The translations under genes and the position numbers were made by a program. 64,000 nucleotides of DNA from an uncultured Bacteroidota bacterium (GTDB taxonomy: Bacteria > Bacteroidota > Bacteroidia > NS11-12g > UBA9320). Position 1 is the stretch's first letter, and every line of letters begins with the position of its first letter. Below the pieces are notes generated by a model, which did no database searches, had not been told where the DNA came from, and worked only from the letters and a program-made list of their open reading frames with translations. Positions 30,188 to 38,004 of this stretch are shown piece by piece. The stretch covers positions 580,694 through 644,693 of the forward strand of contig CAKZLB010000013.1 in the NCBI GenBank assembly GCA_937124965.1. Reading direction: 5' to 3'.

Positions 30188-31348
30188 CTATCCCTTCAAA
30201 ACTGCCAAAGGTGATAATCTTGTAACAACTTCAATTAAATCAAGTTGATTTCCCATCACCTCTTCGATGTTTTTGTACGCTCCGGGCGCTTCATCTAAAT
30301 CAGATTTATTTCGAATAGAATGAACAACACCAAGTTCATTTAATCGGTTTATTTCACCTGTTAAATCAAGAGTTCTTGAAGCTTGTTTTCTCCCAAGCTT
30401 ACGACCTGCACCATGCGAACAGGACTCAAAACTCTCAGGATTTCCAAGTCCTCTTACTATATACGAACTTGTTCCTTGAGAACCTGGAACCATTCCTAAC
30501 TCTCCTGCTCTTGCACGTGTTGCTCCTTTTCGATGAACAAGAACATTTTTGTCAAAGTGGTTTTCCCAAGATGCAAAATTGTGTGATTTGTTAAGTATAT
30601 CCCCTGGCTCAAAGTCACCAATAACATCCCCTAGTGACGTTATCATGCGATCCATCATCAATTTACGATTTGCCAATGCAAAATCAATACAGTAGTTCAT
30701 CTCCGAAATATAGTCTTGAGCAAGTTTGTCATCTAATGGCAAAAAAGCTAAGTCAACCTTTTTCGTTACCTCCGAAAAATATTTATCATTCAACTTCTGA
30801 GCTTCTTTGTTATAAAAGTTAGCAACGGTATACCCCAAATTTCTACTTCCAGAATGAATCATTATCCAGATGAATCCATCATCATCTTTTTGAATTTCAA
30901 CAAAGTGGTTTCCTCCTCCAAGAGTTCCTACTTGCTTCAATGCTTTCTGATATCCATTGGAAACTATTTTCAACTCTTCGTAACCTGCTGGCATAACTTC
31001 TTCATCTTGTGCTTCATTATGTGAATTCATTCCCAAAGGAATAACTTTCCGTGCATTCGAAAGAGTTTTCTTTAATTGCTTTTCGGAAACATCAGTGATG
31101 CTTGTTTTTACTGCACACATACCGCACCCAATATCAACACCGACTGCATTTGGAACCACAACATTTTCTGTGGCCAATATCGACCCAATTGGCATTCCAT
31201 AACCTTGGTGGCAATCAGGCATTAAAGGGATGTGCTTAAAAGCAAATGGCAAGTTTGCTAAATTTTTTGCTTGGCTTAATGCCCCGCCTTCAATGTCGTT
31301 TAACCATAACTTAATTGGCCTTTTTTCTGTTCCGATTACTGATTTCAT
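30188..31348 (-). CDS. rtcB: RNA-splicing ligase RtcB (3'-phosphate/5'-OH RNA ligase)
   Basis: Close to E. coli RtcB as remembered: FAFKHIPLMPDCHQGYGMPIGS..VVVPNAVGVDIGCGM, metal-binding His/Cys residues, the ...SCSHGAGRKLGR... motif (NHAGAGR-like) and a C-terminal HSIRNKSDLDEAPGAYK. 386 aa. Confidence 0.85.
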   Translation of the reverse strand: MKSVIGTEKRPIKLWLNDIEGGALSQAKNLANLPFAFKHIPLMPDCHQGYGMPIGSILATENVVVPNAVGVDIGCGMCAVKTSITDVSEKQLKKTLSNARKVIPLGMNSHNEAQDEEVMPAGYEELKIVSNGYQKALKQVGTLGGGNHFVEIQKDDDGFIWIMIHSGSRNLGYTVANFYNKEAQKLNDKYFSEVTKKVDLAFLPLDDKLAQDYISEMNYCIDFALANRKLMMDRMITSLGDVIGDFEPGDILNKSHNFASWENHFDKNVLVHRKGATRARAGELGMVPGSQGTSSYIVRGLGNPESFESCSHGAGRKLGRKQASRTLDLTGEINRLNELGVVHSIRNKSDLDEAPGAYKNIEEVMGNQLDLIEVVTRLSPLAVLKG

Positions 31349-31419
31349 CTCTTTATCTATTTTGTTACTTCAAACCAACTATTGCTCTACGCATCCTTTT
31401 TGCGCACTTAAAAAAATCA

Positions 31420-31451
31420 CAAAAAAAATCCGAGAAATAATTTCTCGGATT
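31420..31451 (-). terminator. Rho-independent terminator downstream of the SPFH gene, between it and rtcB
   Basis: Perfect hairpin atccgagaaat-aat-ttctcggat. On the minus strand it is followed by T8 (the aaaaaaaa run 31421..31428 on the plus strand). Confidence 0.65.
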
Positions 31452-31454
31452 CAT

Positions 31455-32546
31455 TTAGAAGAGTGACTTTAATTGTTTCAAGACATCTGTACCTCCCGAT
31501 ACGGTAATCTCTCCCACTTTCTCAGCGATTTTTTCAAGGTATTCCATTTCTTTAAGTTTATAAAGCATGGAATTTTCCTCTAACAATTTCGCCGTATTAA
31601 GCAGGGATCGTGTGCTCGCAACCTCTTCACGTCGTGTTATAACATTGGCTTGCGCTTTTTTTTGAGCAATCAACACTTGATTAATAATTACCTTCATATC
31701 TCCTGGGAGAATGATGTCTTTAATGCCTGCGTTGTAAATGGTCAATCCCAAAACGTTAGACGTTTTTTGAAGTTCATTCAATACATAATCTGTAACTTTT
31801 TGCTTCGACTCTAACACTTCGTCTAACGTCATCCCACCAACAACTTCTCGAAGCAATAATTGCGCACCTAAATAAAGTTGTTTTTCATGTTCTTTGTTTT
31901 TTAAGACTGCTCTCATTGTATCCACAACAGAGTATTGAACGTTAAACGTCAAGCGCAAATTTGCTTTATCGCTAGTCAAAATTTCTTGTCCAGACACCTC
32001 TAAAGACTGCATACGTAAATCTACCGTGCGTATTTCGATGGTCGATGAATTCTTGTAGAAGTAATACTTTCCAGCTTTCAAAATTCTTTCAAACCTTCCA
32101 TCTACTAAAAGCACTGACTCTTCATAGGCTTTAACCTCAACAAATCGTACATATGATGCCAACTTGTTATCCGCGTATTTCAATACTTCCTTGTTGGTTA
32201 CCTCATCTGTTTTAGTGATGTCTATCAATTCAAACCGATAGGTATTTAAATCAGACAAAAACAAATATCGATTTGAGGTTAAAATAGTCTCATACAATCC
32301 ATTTTTATAAACTATACAAATTTGTCCGTCACTCACTTCTACGAGTTTAGTCGTTTCTTTTATTTTAGAGTGTTTTAACAAAACGTTTACTTCGTTTCCT
32401 GTTGCTAAAACACCATCAGAGGATTTTATTACAACTGTGTCCAAAAAGAAATTTATGATATGATTTCCTTTGGTTAATACGTCATAAAGCTCCTGCTTTC
32501 TGTAAACTAAACCGATTTCTCCGATTCTAATTCTTACATTTTTCAT
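31455..32546 (-). CDS. SPFH/band-7 (stomatin/prohibitin-like) domain protein lacking a transmembrane segment, with a ~120-aa N-terminal extension of unknown function
   Basis: SPFH core (RTVDLRMQSLEVSGQEILTSDKANLRLTFNVQYSVVD ... GLTIYNAGIKDIILPGDMKVIINQVLIAQKKAQANVITRREEVAS ... coiled-coil). No N-terminal hydrophobic anchor seen. Confidence 0.65.
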   Translation of the reverse strand: MKNVRIRIGEIGLVYRKQELYDVLTKGNHIINFFLDTVVIKSSDGVLATGNEVNVLLKHSKIKETTKLVEVSDGQICIVYKNGLYETILTSNRYLFLSDLNTYRFELIDITKTDEVTNKEVLKYADNKLASYVRFVEVKAYEESVLLVDGRFERILKAGKYYFYKNSSTIEIRTVDLRMQSLEVSGQEILTSDKANLRLTFNVQYSVVDTMRAVLKNKEHEKQLYLGAQLLLREVVGGMTLDEVLESKQKVTDYVLNELQKTSNVLGLTIYNAGIKDIILPGDMKVIINQVLIAQKKAQANVITRREEVASTRSLLNTAKLLEENSMLYKLKEMEYLEKIAEKVGEITVSGGTDVLKQLKSLF

Positions 32547-32919
32547 TTCATTATTATTATAAATTTTAATACTTGTTAAGTAAAATAGTGCGGAGGGTCT
32601 CTTGAAGAAACGGGATTGTTATTAAGTGATCATTGACAAATCAGTGATGACAAAAACTTCATTTACCAACTCGCAATTAAAACGGTATCCTAAAAATCCA
32701 AGGCTTCAGCGAGAGGTTAGATAGTTGATTCAACCGTTTAAAAATTAACAGCCTTCATGTCAAATCGCGCCCCAGCGCACTATTTTTAAAAGTTCGCTCT
32801 GCGAACCGCGACTTTTTTAGAAGAGTCAACTTCATTTAACCAGGTAATTGCTGGAGTGTCATATACTATACGACTAAAGTCCCGATGTTATCGGGGATGA
32901 TATGGCATTTGCCAGAGAT

Positions 32920-32980
32920 ACATTACTCTACCCAATTGAGTTACATCGTTAAACGATGATGGGACTCGAACCCATAACAC
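32920..32980 (-). other. circularly permuted tRNA-derived sequence (T-arm and acceptor 3' strand abutting acceptor 5' strand and D-arm) in a long intergenic region
   Basis: Minus strand reads ...tATGGGTTCGAGTCCCATcatcgtt-t-aacgatg-ta-ACTCAATTGGGTAGAGT... . That is a T-stem/loop (GGTTCGAGTCC), a 7-nt acceptor 3' strand, then its exact complement as acceptor 5' strand, then a D-arm matching the tRNA consensus. No complete cloverleaf in canonical order, so this is not a functional tRNA call. Confidence 0.45.
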
Positions 32981-33386
32981 ATGTGCCAGTATCAAGATTG
33001 CAAACAATGCAGAACATGCAGTTAAGCATGCTAAGGAGCTATACAGAAACTCGCTACAAGGCGATTGAATGGTCTTGACTTCTTTTAAAAAGATTGCCGC
33101 TCTTGCAGGCATCATTTTTATATCTTTTAATAAATCTTTTAAACTCATACTCATTCTCTTTTCACTTCAGTGACCCCGCTAACTTTATAGCGGGGGACTC
33201 ATATTCCTAAATTAAAAAATTAACTTCCTTCGTTATTCATAGGTTCCTCCCCCAGCCAATTGCTAGGGGGCCTATATGTTTCTTGTTTTGTGTAGACAAA
33301 GATTTCTTCAGAACAACGCAGTCTTTTTGCGTAGAAAAAATTATTTTTGACAATAGTCATAACTGATTGAATATCAACAAGAAAAG

Positions 33387-35120
33387 ATGCCAGTAAATCG
33401 CAACGCCCTCATTCGATATAAAACAATTGATAAATGTTTACAGAATTATTATCGCAAATGGACCTTAGAAGATTTAATTGAAGCATGTTCAGAAGCCTTG
33501 TATGAATATGAGGGAATTGATAAAGGAGTGAGCAAACGAACTATCCAGGCAGATATCCAAATAATGCGTAGCGACAAGCTTGGCTACAACGCCCCAATAA
33601 TTGTTCTTGACAAGAAGTACTACCAGTATGAGTCTAAAGAATATTCAATTACGAACATCCCATTAACAGACCAAGACTTGTCTCAGTTAAACGAGGCTGT
33701 CTCCTTTCTCAAGCAGTTTTCAGGGTTCTCGCACTTTCGGCAACTTGATGGAATGGTTCAAAAATTAGAAGACCATATATACTCTCACCAAAAACAAACC
33801 CACCCCGTTATTGATTTTGAAAAAAATGAAAATCTAAAAGGTCTGAACTTTCTAGACTCTCTTTATAAATACATTATCAATAAAAAGGCTGTTGAATTGA
33901 CATACCAATCCTTTACTGCTCGAAATCAAAGTACCTTCATATTTAACCCCTATTTACTAAAAGAATATCGCAATCGCTGGTTTGTGCTTGGAACAAAAAT
34001 GGGCGAGAGTTCGATTATTAACCTTGCCCTAGATCGACTAATAAGTGTAAATTTATCTTCCGAAACATATGAATCATCCTTAACATTTCAACCTGAAACA
34101 TATTTCAGCTCATCAATTGGAGTATCTGTAAGCAGTAATGCAGAGATACATAAAGTGATATTAGAATTTGACCGTAAGCATGCTCCATACGTAGAAACAA
34201 AACCTCTTCATCCTTCTCAAAAAGTAATTGACCGAACACCGCATACTGTAATATTTTCGATTGATGTTCAACATAGTTTTGAGTTAGAAAAAGAGATACT
34301 TTCCTATGGAAGTTCGGTTACCGTTTTAAAACCAGTGTTTCTGCGTAGGAGAATCCTTGAGAATTTAAAGGAAAGTGTATCGACATACGAAACGCAACTA
34401 AATCCAAAGAGTCTCCGTAACTCCCAAAACTTGTTATCGACACGTGGATATGCAGTGTTAAACTCTGTGTACTCCCTACGCGAATTGAAAAAGATAAATC
34501 ACTCACTTAAAAAATATTTCAAGCAAAACCCGAAAAACACATCGTTTTACATTCGGTCGTTATTCAAGGTGCATTCAGAAATCACACCATTGATATTGAC
34601 CGACTCGATTCTTCGTATTGTTCAAACCATTAATCCAAATGCTTTTTTGACAAAAGCGATGTTTCTAAAAAAGGAGAATACGAGCAACTGGCATGTAACG
34701 TGGCATCAAGATTTGACCATTAATGTCACCGAAAAAATAGAAATTGAGGGATTTACAGGCTGGTCTAAAAAAGAAGACTTTTATAGTGTATTGCCTTCTG
34801 ACGAAATAAGCAAAGATCGTTTCACAATTCGGATACATTTAGATGAAACTACCCATAAGAATGGTGCCTTGGAGACCATTCCTGGATCCCACAAAAGCGT
34901 TCATTCTACTGAAACGTTAGAAAACATAACCAAAAACTCGGTTGGGACAGTATGTGACGTTAAAGAACGAGGTGTAATGCTTATGCATCCACTAATTATT
35001 CATAGGAGTAAACTCGCTTCAAATAATAAAAAGCGAAGAGTGATACACCTTGAATTTAGCACATCTGAATTACCTCATGGTTTAGAATACTCGGAAAAAA
35101 TGAAATTAGCTGAATTATAG
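33387..35120 (+). CDS. fusion protein: YafY-like HTH-WYL-WCX transcriptional regulator (N-terminal ~330 aa) joined to a phytanoyl-CoA dioxygenase (PhyH)-family Fe(II)/2-oxoglutarate oxygenase domain (C-terminal ~230 aa)
   Basis: N-terminal HTH (RNALIRYKTIDKCLQNYYRKWTLEDLIE). WYL-domain motif (FNPYLLKEYRNRWFVLGTK). WCX-like region (ELEKEILSYGSSVTVLKPVFLRRRI). C-terminal PhyH motifs: TWHQDL (HxD facial triad), ETIPGSHK, HPLIIHRSKLASNNKKRRVIHLEF (distal His and 2OG-binding Arg pattern). Confidence 0.7.
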   Translation: MPVNRNALIRYKTIDKCLQNYYRKWTLEDLIEACSEALYEYEGIDKGVSKRTIQADIQIMRSDKLGYNAPIIVLDKKYYQYESKEYSITNIPLTDQDLSQLNEAVSFLKQFSGFSHFRQLDGMVQKLEDHIYSHQKQTHPVIDFEKNENLKGLNFLDSLYKYIINKKAVELTYQSFTARNQSTFIFNPYLLKEYRNRWFVLGTKMGESSIINLALDRLISVNLSSETYESSLTFQPETYFSSSIGVSVSSNAEIHKVILEFDRKHAPYVETKPLHPSQKVIDRTPHTVIFSIDVQHSFELEKEILSYGSSVTVLKPVFLRRRILENLKESVSTYETQLNPKSLRNSQNLLSTRGYAVLNSVYSLRELKKINHSLKKYFKQNPKNTSFYIRSLFKVHSEITPLILTDSILRIVQTINPNAFLTKAMFLKKENTSNWHVTWHQDLTINVTEKIEIEGFTGWSKKEDFYSVLPSDEISKDRFTIRIHLDETTHKNGALETIPGSHKSVHSTETLENITKNSVGTVCDVKERGVMLMHPLIIHRSKLASNNKKRRVIHLEFSTSELPHGLEYSEKMKLAEL

Positions 35121-35133
35121 GTTTGGAGCTGAA

Positions 35134-37785
35134 TTATAGATTTGGACGAAGCCACTTTTTCACTTCGTCGAATCTTTTTCCTTTTCGTTGAGCCAAATCA
35201 TCTATTTGGTCTTCTTTTATCCTTCCTACTGCAAAATATTTACTGCGAGGATGCGCGAAGTAATAGCCAGAAACAGAGGCTGCTGGGTTCATAGCAAAGT
35301 TTTCAGTCAAACTACAACCTATAGCATCTTCGACACCCAAAAGCGACCATATTTTTCCTTTCTCGGTGTGGTCAGGACACGCAGGATAACCAGGTGCAGG
35401 TCTTATGCCTTGATACTTTTCGCGAATCAGTAAATTGTTATCCAATTGTTCATTCGGTTTATACCCCCATTCGTTGGTTCTAATTTCTTTATGAAGGTAT
35501 TCTGCGAAAGCCTCTACCAATCTATCTGCAAGTATCTTGACCATTATTGCGTGGTAATCATCGTGATCTTTTTCATATTCTTTAGCAAGCGCTTCAGCTC
35601 CGTGAATGGTTACAGCAAAAAAACCCATATGATCCTCGTACCCGACAGGAGCTACAAAATCAGCTAAGCTCAAGTTTGGAATCTTTGCCGCAAGCTTTCG
35701 TTGTTGTCTCACAAATTCAAATTTCTCGAGTTTCACACCTGACGTATCATACACCGTAATGGAATTTATTTCGCTATTTGCACGAAACAACCCAGAAATT
35801 CCCTTAGCCTGATATGCGTTGTTTTCTACCATGGCTCCAAGCATGCTTTGTGCATCCTGAAACAATTTAGTTGCCTCTACCCCAACGACATCATCTTTAA
35901 GAATTGCAGGATACTTTCCTGCCAACTCCCATGCTCTAAAAAATGGAGTCCAATCAATATAGTCAATCAGCGTAGTTATAGATGGTTCCCAAATTTTAAC
36001 ACCTAAAGAATTCGGCGCTGGTGTCGACTCAGTTTCCCAATCGATTTTTAATCGGTTTTCTGTTGCATCCTCAAACGAAAGGATCTCCTTAATATCTTGT
36101 CTTTGAGCATGTTCATTTGCAAGTTTTAGGTATTCTTGTCTAACCGTATCTTGAACATTCTGCGCTGAATCTGACAGAAGACTACCAACAACAGGGACAC
36201 TTCTTGAAGCGTCAAGAACATGAATGACAGTATTTGAATAATTAGGTGCTATTTTAACCGCTGTATGAATTCTTGATGTAGTTGCACCACCGATTAGTAG
36301 GGGTAGATTCATACCTAGTCGTTCCATTTCTGTCGCAACATCTACCATTTCATCTAAACTTGGGGTAATCAGACCACTTAACCCAATAACATCTACATTT
36401 TCTTCTTTAGCTGTTTTGAGGATTTTATCCATTGGAACCATAACACCTAGGTCAATAATTTCATAACTGTTACAAGCTAAAACTACTCCAACAATATTTT
36501 TCCCAATATCGTGAACATCTCCTTTTACAGTTGCTAGTAAAATTTTACCTCTAGTACTGCCAGCTTTTTTCTCTTTCTCTAAGAACGGTAATAAGTATGC
36601 CACGGATTTTTTCATCACACGGGCACTTTTAACAACCTGTGGTAAAAACATTTTCCCTGAACCAAACAGATCTCCGACCACATTCATTCCGTCCATTAAA
36701 GGCCCTTCAATCACTTCAATTGGTGCGCTAGCTTGTTGGCGAGCTTCTTCTGTGTCTTCGTCAATATAGTCCGTGATTCCTTTGATTAACGCATGCTTCA
36801 ACCTTTCGTTTACTGACTCTTTTCTCCAAGAATCGTCTTTTACGATTACCTTACCCTTTTGCTTAACTGTTTCCGCGAAATCGACAAGTCGTTCTGTCGC
36901 GTCAGGCCTTCTATTGAAGAGAACATCCTCTACACGAACTAAAAGTTCATCAGGTATTTCGTCATAGACTTCGATCATACCTGCATTCACAATTCCCATG
37001 TCCATGCCTGCTTTAATTGCATGAAAAAGAAATGCAGAATGCATTGCTTCACGAACTGCATTGTTTCCCCTAAAGGAAAATGAAATATTACTTACTCCTC
37101 CGCTTACTAGAGCATATGGCAAATTTTCTTTAATCCAACGAGTAGCATTTATAAAATCAACCGCGTAATTATTATGTTCTTCAATACCAGTCGCTATTGC
37201 TAAAATGTTTGGATCAAAAATGATATCTTGGGCAGGGAATTTTACATTGTTTACCAGAATATCATAACTTCTTTTACAGATTTCAATTCGACGTTCATAC
37301 GTATCCGCCTGACCTGTTTCATCAAAAGCCATTACCACAGTTGCAGCACCGTAGCGTTTAATTTTTGTAGCTCTTTCAATAAAAACTTCTTCTCCATCCT
37401 TGAGACTTATGGAGTTTACGATTCCTTTTCCTTGGAGGCATTTAAGACCAGCTTCAATAATTTCCCATTTAGACGAATCAAGCATAACTGGAACCTTTGA
37501 AATATCCGGTTCTGCAGCGATAAGATTAAGGAAATTAACCATGGCTTCTTTGCCGTCAAGCATACCATCGTCCATGTTAATATCAATAACTTGAGCGCCA
37601 TTCTCTACTTGTTGTCGGGCAACTGAAAGTGCTTCATCAAATTCATTATTTAATATTAGTCTAGCGAATTTTTTGGACCCCGTAACGTTGGTTCTTTCCC
37701 CAACATTCAGGAAATTTATGTTGCTGGTAACGTTAAGTGGTTCTAGCCCACTTAATCTTAGAAGTAAATCTTGTTTCTTGTTCAT
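35134..37785 (-). CDS. metH: methionine synthase (cobalamin-dependent) lacking the homocysteine-binding domain: pterin-binding, B12-binding and AdoMet-reactivation domains only
   Basis: Begins in the methyltetrahydrofolate (pterin) domain ([21 protein letters not shown]...). B12-binding D-x-H-x-x-G motif ([30 protein letters not shown]). C-terminal activation domain. At 883 aa it is ~350 aa shorter than full-length MetH. Confidence 0.85.
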   Translation of the reverse strand: MNKKQDLLLRLSGLEPLNVTSNINFLNVGERTNVTGSKKFARLILNNEFDEALSVARQQVENGAQVIDINMDDGMLDGKEAMVNFLNLIAAEPDISKVPVMLDSSKWEIIEAGLKCLQGKGIVNSISLKDGEEVFIERATKIKRYGAATVVMAFDETGQADTYERRIEICKRSYDILVNNVKFPAQDIIFDPNILAIATGIEEHNNYAVDFINATRWIKENLPYALVSGGVSNISFSFRGNNAVREAMHSAFLFHAIKAGMDMGIVNAGMIEVYDEIPDELLVRVEDVLFNRRPDATERLVDFAETVKQKGKVIVKDDSWRKESVNERLKHALIKGITDYIDEDTEEARQQASAPIEVIEGPLMDGMNVVGDLFGSGKMFLPQVVKSARVMKKSVAYLLPFLEKEKKAGSTRGKILLATVKGDVHDIGKNIVGVVLACNSYEIIDLGVMVPMDKILKTAKEENVDVIGLSGLITPSLDEMVDVATEMERLGMNLPLLIGGATTSRIHTAVKIAPNYSNTVIHVLDASRSVPVVGSLLSDSAQNVQDTVRQEYLKLANEHAQRQDIKEILSFEDATENRLKIDWETESTPAPNSLGVKIWEPSITTLIDYIDWTPFFRAWELAGKYPAILKDDVVGVEATKLFQDAQSMLGAMVENNAYQAKGISGLFRANSEINSITVYDTSGVKLEKFEFVRQQRKLAAKIPNLSLADFVAPVGYEDHMGFFAVTIHGAEALAKEYEKDHDDYHAIMVKILADRLVEAFAEYLHKEIRTNEWGYKPNEQLDNNLLIREKYQGIRPAPGYPACPDHTEKGKIWSLLGVEDAIGCSLTENFAMNPAASVSGYYFAHPRSKYFAVGRIKEDQIDDLAQRKGKRFDEVKKWLRPNL

Positions 37786-37789
37786 AGCG

Positions 37790-37920
37790 TCTACTCTATC
37801 AAGAAACTCAGAGAAGCTATCTATTCAGCCTTAAGGCTAATAGGAAGTGGCACCTTGGTTAAAATTACCGGTTGCCAAGACATCATAGGACCCATTCCCT
37901 CCGTCTTTCTTGATAGTTCT
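37790..37920 (-). ncRNA. SAM-I (S-box) riboswitch in the metH leader
   Basis: Minus-strand sequence ctATCAAGAaAGacGGAGGGAatGGgtCCtATGAtgtCttGGCAACC...aaGGTGCCActTCCtat...AGATAgc. It matches the SAM-I conserved core element by element, including the P1 UCAAGA/AGAUA pairing and GGUGCCA. It sits directly upstream of the metH start codon. Confidence 0.85.
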
Positions 37921-37946
37921 GCGAAGATACTCAATTACATAGTATT

Positions 37947-37980
37947 AAAACAAAAAGCCCCGACATTACTGCCGGGGCTT
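37947..37980 (-). terminator. Rho-independent terminator downstream of the 1,922-aa T9SS gene
   Basis: Hairpin agccccg-acattactg-ccggggct. On the minus strand it is followed by TTTTTGTTTT. Confidence 0.6.
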
Positions 37981-38004
37981 GAATAAAAATATTTGAAAAA
38001 TGTA

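Noticed and set aside
30188-31348. PrfH-coupled RtcB2-type ligase
   Set aside because: At 386 aa it is close to the length I recall for housekeeping E. coli RtcB (~400 aa). No prfH-like release factor gene is nearby.
32880-32985. tmRNA (including two-piece/permuted ssrA) as an explanation for the permuted tRNA-like sequence
   Set aside because: The acceptor-like stem lacks the G3-U70 alanine identity pair and the GGGG 5' end. No CCA, tag reading frame or pseudoknot region is evident.
32888-33154. 88-aa minus-strand ORF overlapping the tRNA-derived element
   Set aside because: The ORF reads through tRNA-like sequence. It is more parsimonious as non-coding.
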